Position numbers and translations under genes: made by a program. This document shows, in pieces, positions 62,691 through 64,000 of a stretch of DNA of 64,000 nucleotides; the first letter of the stretch is position 1, and each line of letters begins with the position of its first letter. Source of the stretch: Octopus sinensis (lineage: Eukaryota); assembly GCF_006345805.1 (NCBI RefSeq), contig NC_043000.1:162812001-162876000 (forward strand), read 5' to 3'. The notes under the pieces were generated by a model. That model saw only the letters and a list, made by a program, of their open reading frames with translations. It searched no databases and was not told the origin of the DNA.

Positions 62691-64000
62691 TATATATAAA
62701 ATTATATGGGTGGGTGTGTATGCATATATGTATATATGCTTGTATGCATGTACGTATATGTGTGTATGTATTTGTATTTGTCACTCCCACACCGCAGGAA
62801 ACAACCTGTGTTAGATTGTTTACATCCTCGTAACGTAGTGGGCCGGCAAAAGAGACATATGAAATAAGTAGCAGATTTTAAAACAGACACGTGTTGAGTT
62901 AGTTCTGTTCGAATCAATCTGTCAATGCGGTGCCCCAGAATGGCCGCAGACCGATACTTGAAACGAGTAAAAAATTAGATGAAAGATACACCACAGCATA
63001 AGTTTTTTTCTTTCGCTATTTACCTCAGTGCGATTTTTCCTTTACTGTTTTAGTAACAACGTATCATAACGTCCGTATTCCGGATGGTATTTTGAAGCAG
63101 CTTGAGTCACTATAAACATCTTACTGTCATTTGTGGCATAACCGACATTTTTGGTTGTCTCTCGGTGATTTTATGAATTTTCTAAGCATTCGTTTATTTT
63201 TTAACAAGCAATTCTGTCATGATGTTGGATTGGTTGGTAAATCAAAATATGAAAGTGGTTTACGGTCAGAGATATTACACTTCCTCTCAACGTTGCTACC
63301 ATTCTCACTCTCAAATAAACATAGTCATGCATAACCTTTCGTTGGTATGCAAAACATTTCGCGCTGTATGTGTATTCTTGAGGGTCAGGGCAGTTCCAGG
63401 CATTTGTAAATATAGCAGGGAATTTGAATGTGTGTGTCAGTATATATCCATATGTACGTGAGTGTGTGTGTGTGTGTGTGTGCCGCGCATGTGTATGTAC
63501 TTGCAATCAGAAATTGCTGTTACATATCTCTTTTAGCACAAGAGATTTTGTGATTTCTTTATTTCTTATAAGCCTTTATGAATGTATGCTTGTATTCGCC
63601 AATGCATGCGTAAATTTCTGTGCGTGCCAGATAAACTTATATTAATGATGGTATATGCTAATTTTATGCACTTTAAAATGAGACTTTTTAAAACGTTTTA
63701 CACATATTAGTTGGTTTGTTTTTTTCTTTCGAAAACATGGATATTTTATTTAGTTTTTAATTATCTGACTTATTCCTTTAAGAAAGAAGCTAGATGCCAA
63801 CAAAGAAGCAAAACTCTTTCGATAGAATTCCAATAACAACCATGATAAGAGTCGCATGTAACATGTAAGCCTTATCGCCCAAGAACTCCTACATCATTTA
63901 TACCATTCTGTTTACAGCTTGTATTTGTAGACTGCGTGATAGAATATCCTTTGCTTTTCTAAAATGCCAAAGTTTTCGTGATTGCCAGTTAATCATTTAG

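Noticed and set aside
101-63645. Most ORFs in the supplied track (YIYI, THTH, CVCV, SIYL, LTHS, MYVC repeats)
   Set aside because: They are translations of (TA)n, (CA)n, (GATA)n, (TGAG)n and (TATG)n microsatellites; there is no evidence of coding function.

Overview
AT-rich, microsatellite-saturated eukaryotic DNA. The repeat repertoire (tRNA-derived SINE families, Dong/R4 LINEs, Penelope-like elements, mariners) looks like an octopus/cephalopod genome; this is inference, no search was run. I recognise no host protein-coding gene, rRNA, true tRNA or CRISPR array. Most ORFs in the track are translated microsatellites, and the ones with recognisable motifs are transposon fragments. Main discovery: a 4-kb nest at 18.5-22.4 kb holds seven minimal type I hammerhead ribozyme motifs from four unrelated sequence families. 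Five have an intact CUGAAGA/GAAA core and two have a CUGUUGA variant core. Each has a palindromic stem III, they sit in fold-back or inverted-repeat cassettes embedded in (TA)n, and all four inversion/truncation breakpoints lie within about 15 nt of the 5' edge of ribozyme stem I. Second theme: several Dong/R4 (restriction-like endonuclease) LINE lineages end in different microsatellites, (TAA)n, (CATA)n and (CACT)n. Also present: inverted Penelope-like architectures, two microsatellite-bounded tandem duplications, a SINE inserted without a TSD, and a strand-biased SINE family. Boundaries of degenerate elements are approximate (tens of bp); ribozyme and hairpin coordinates were indexed base by base.
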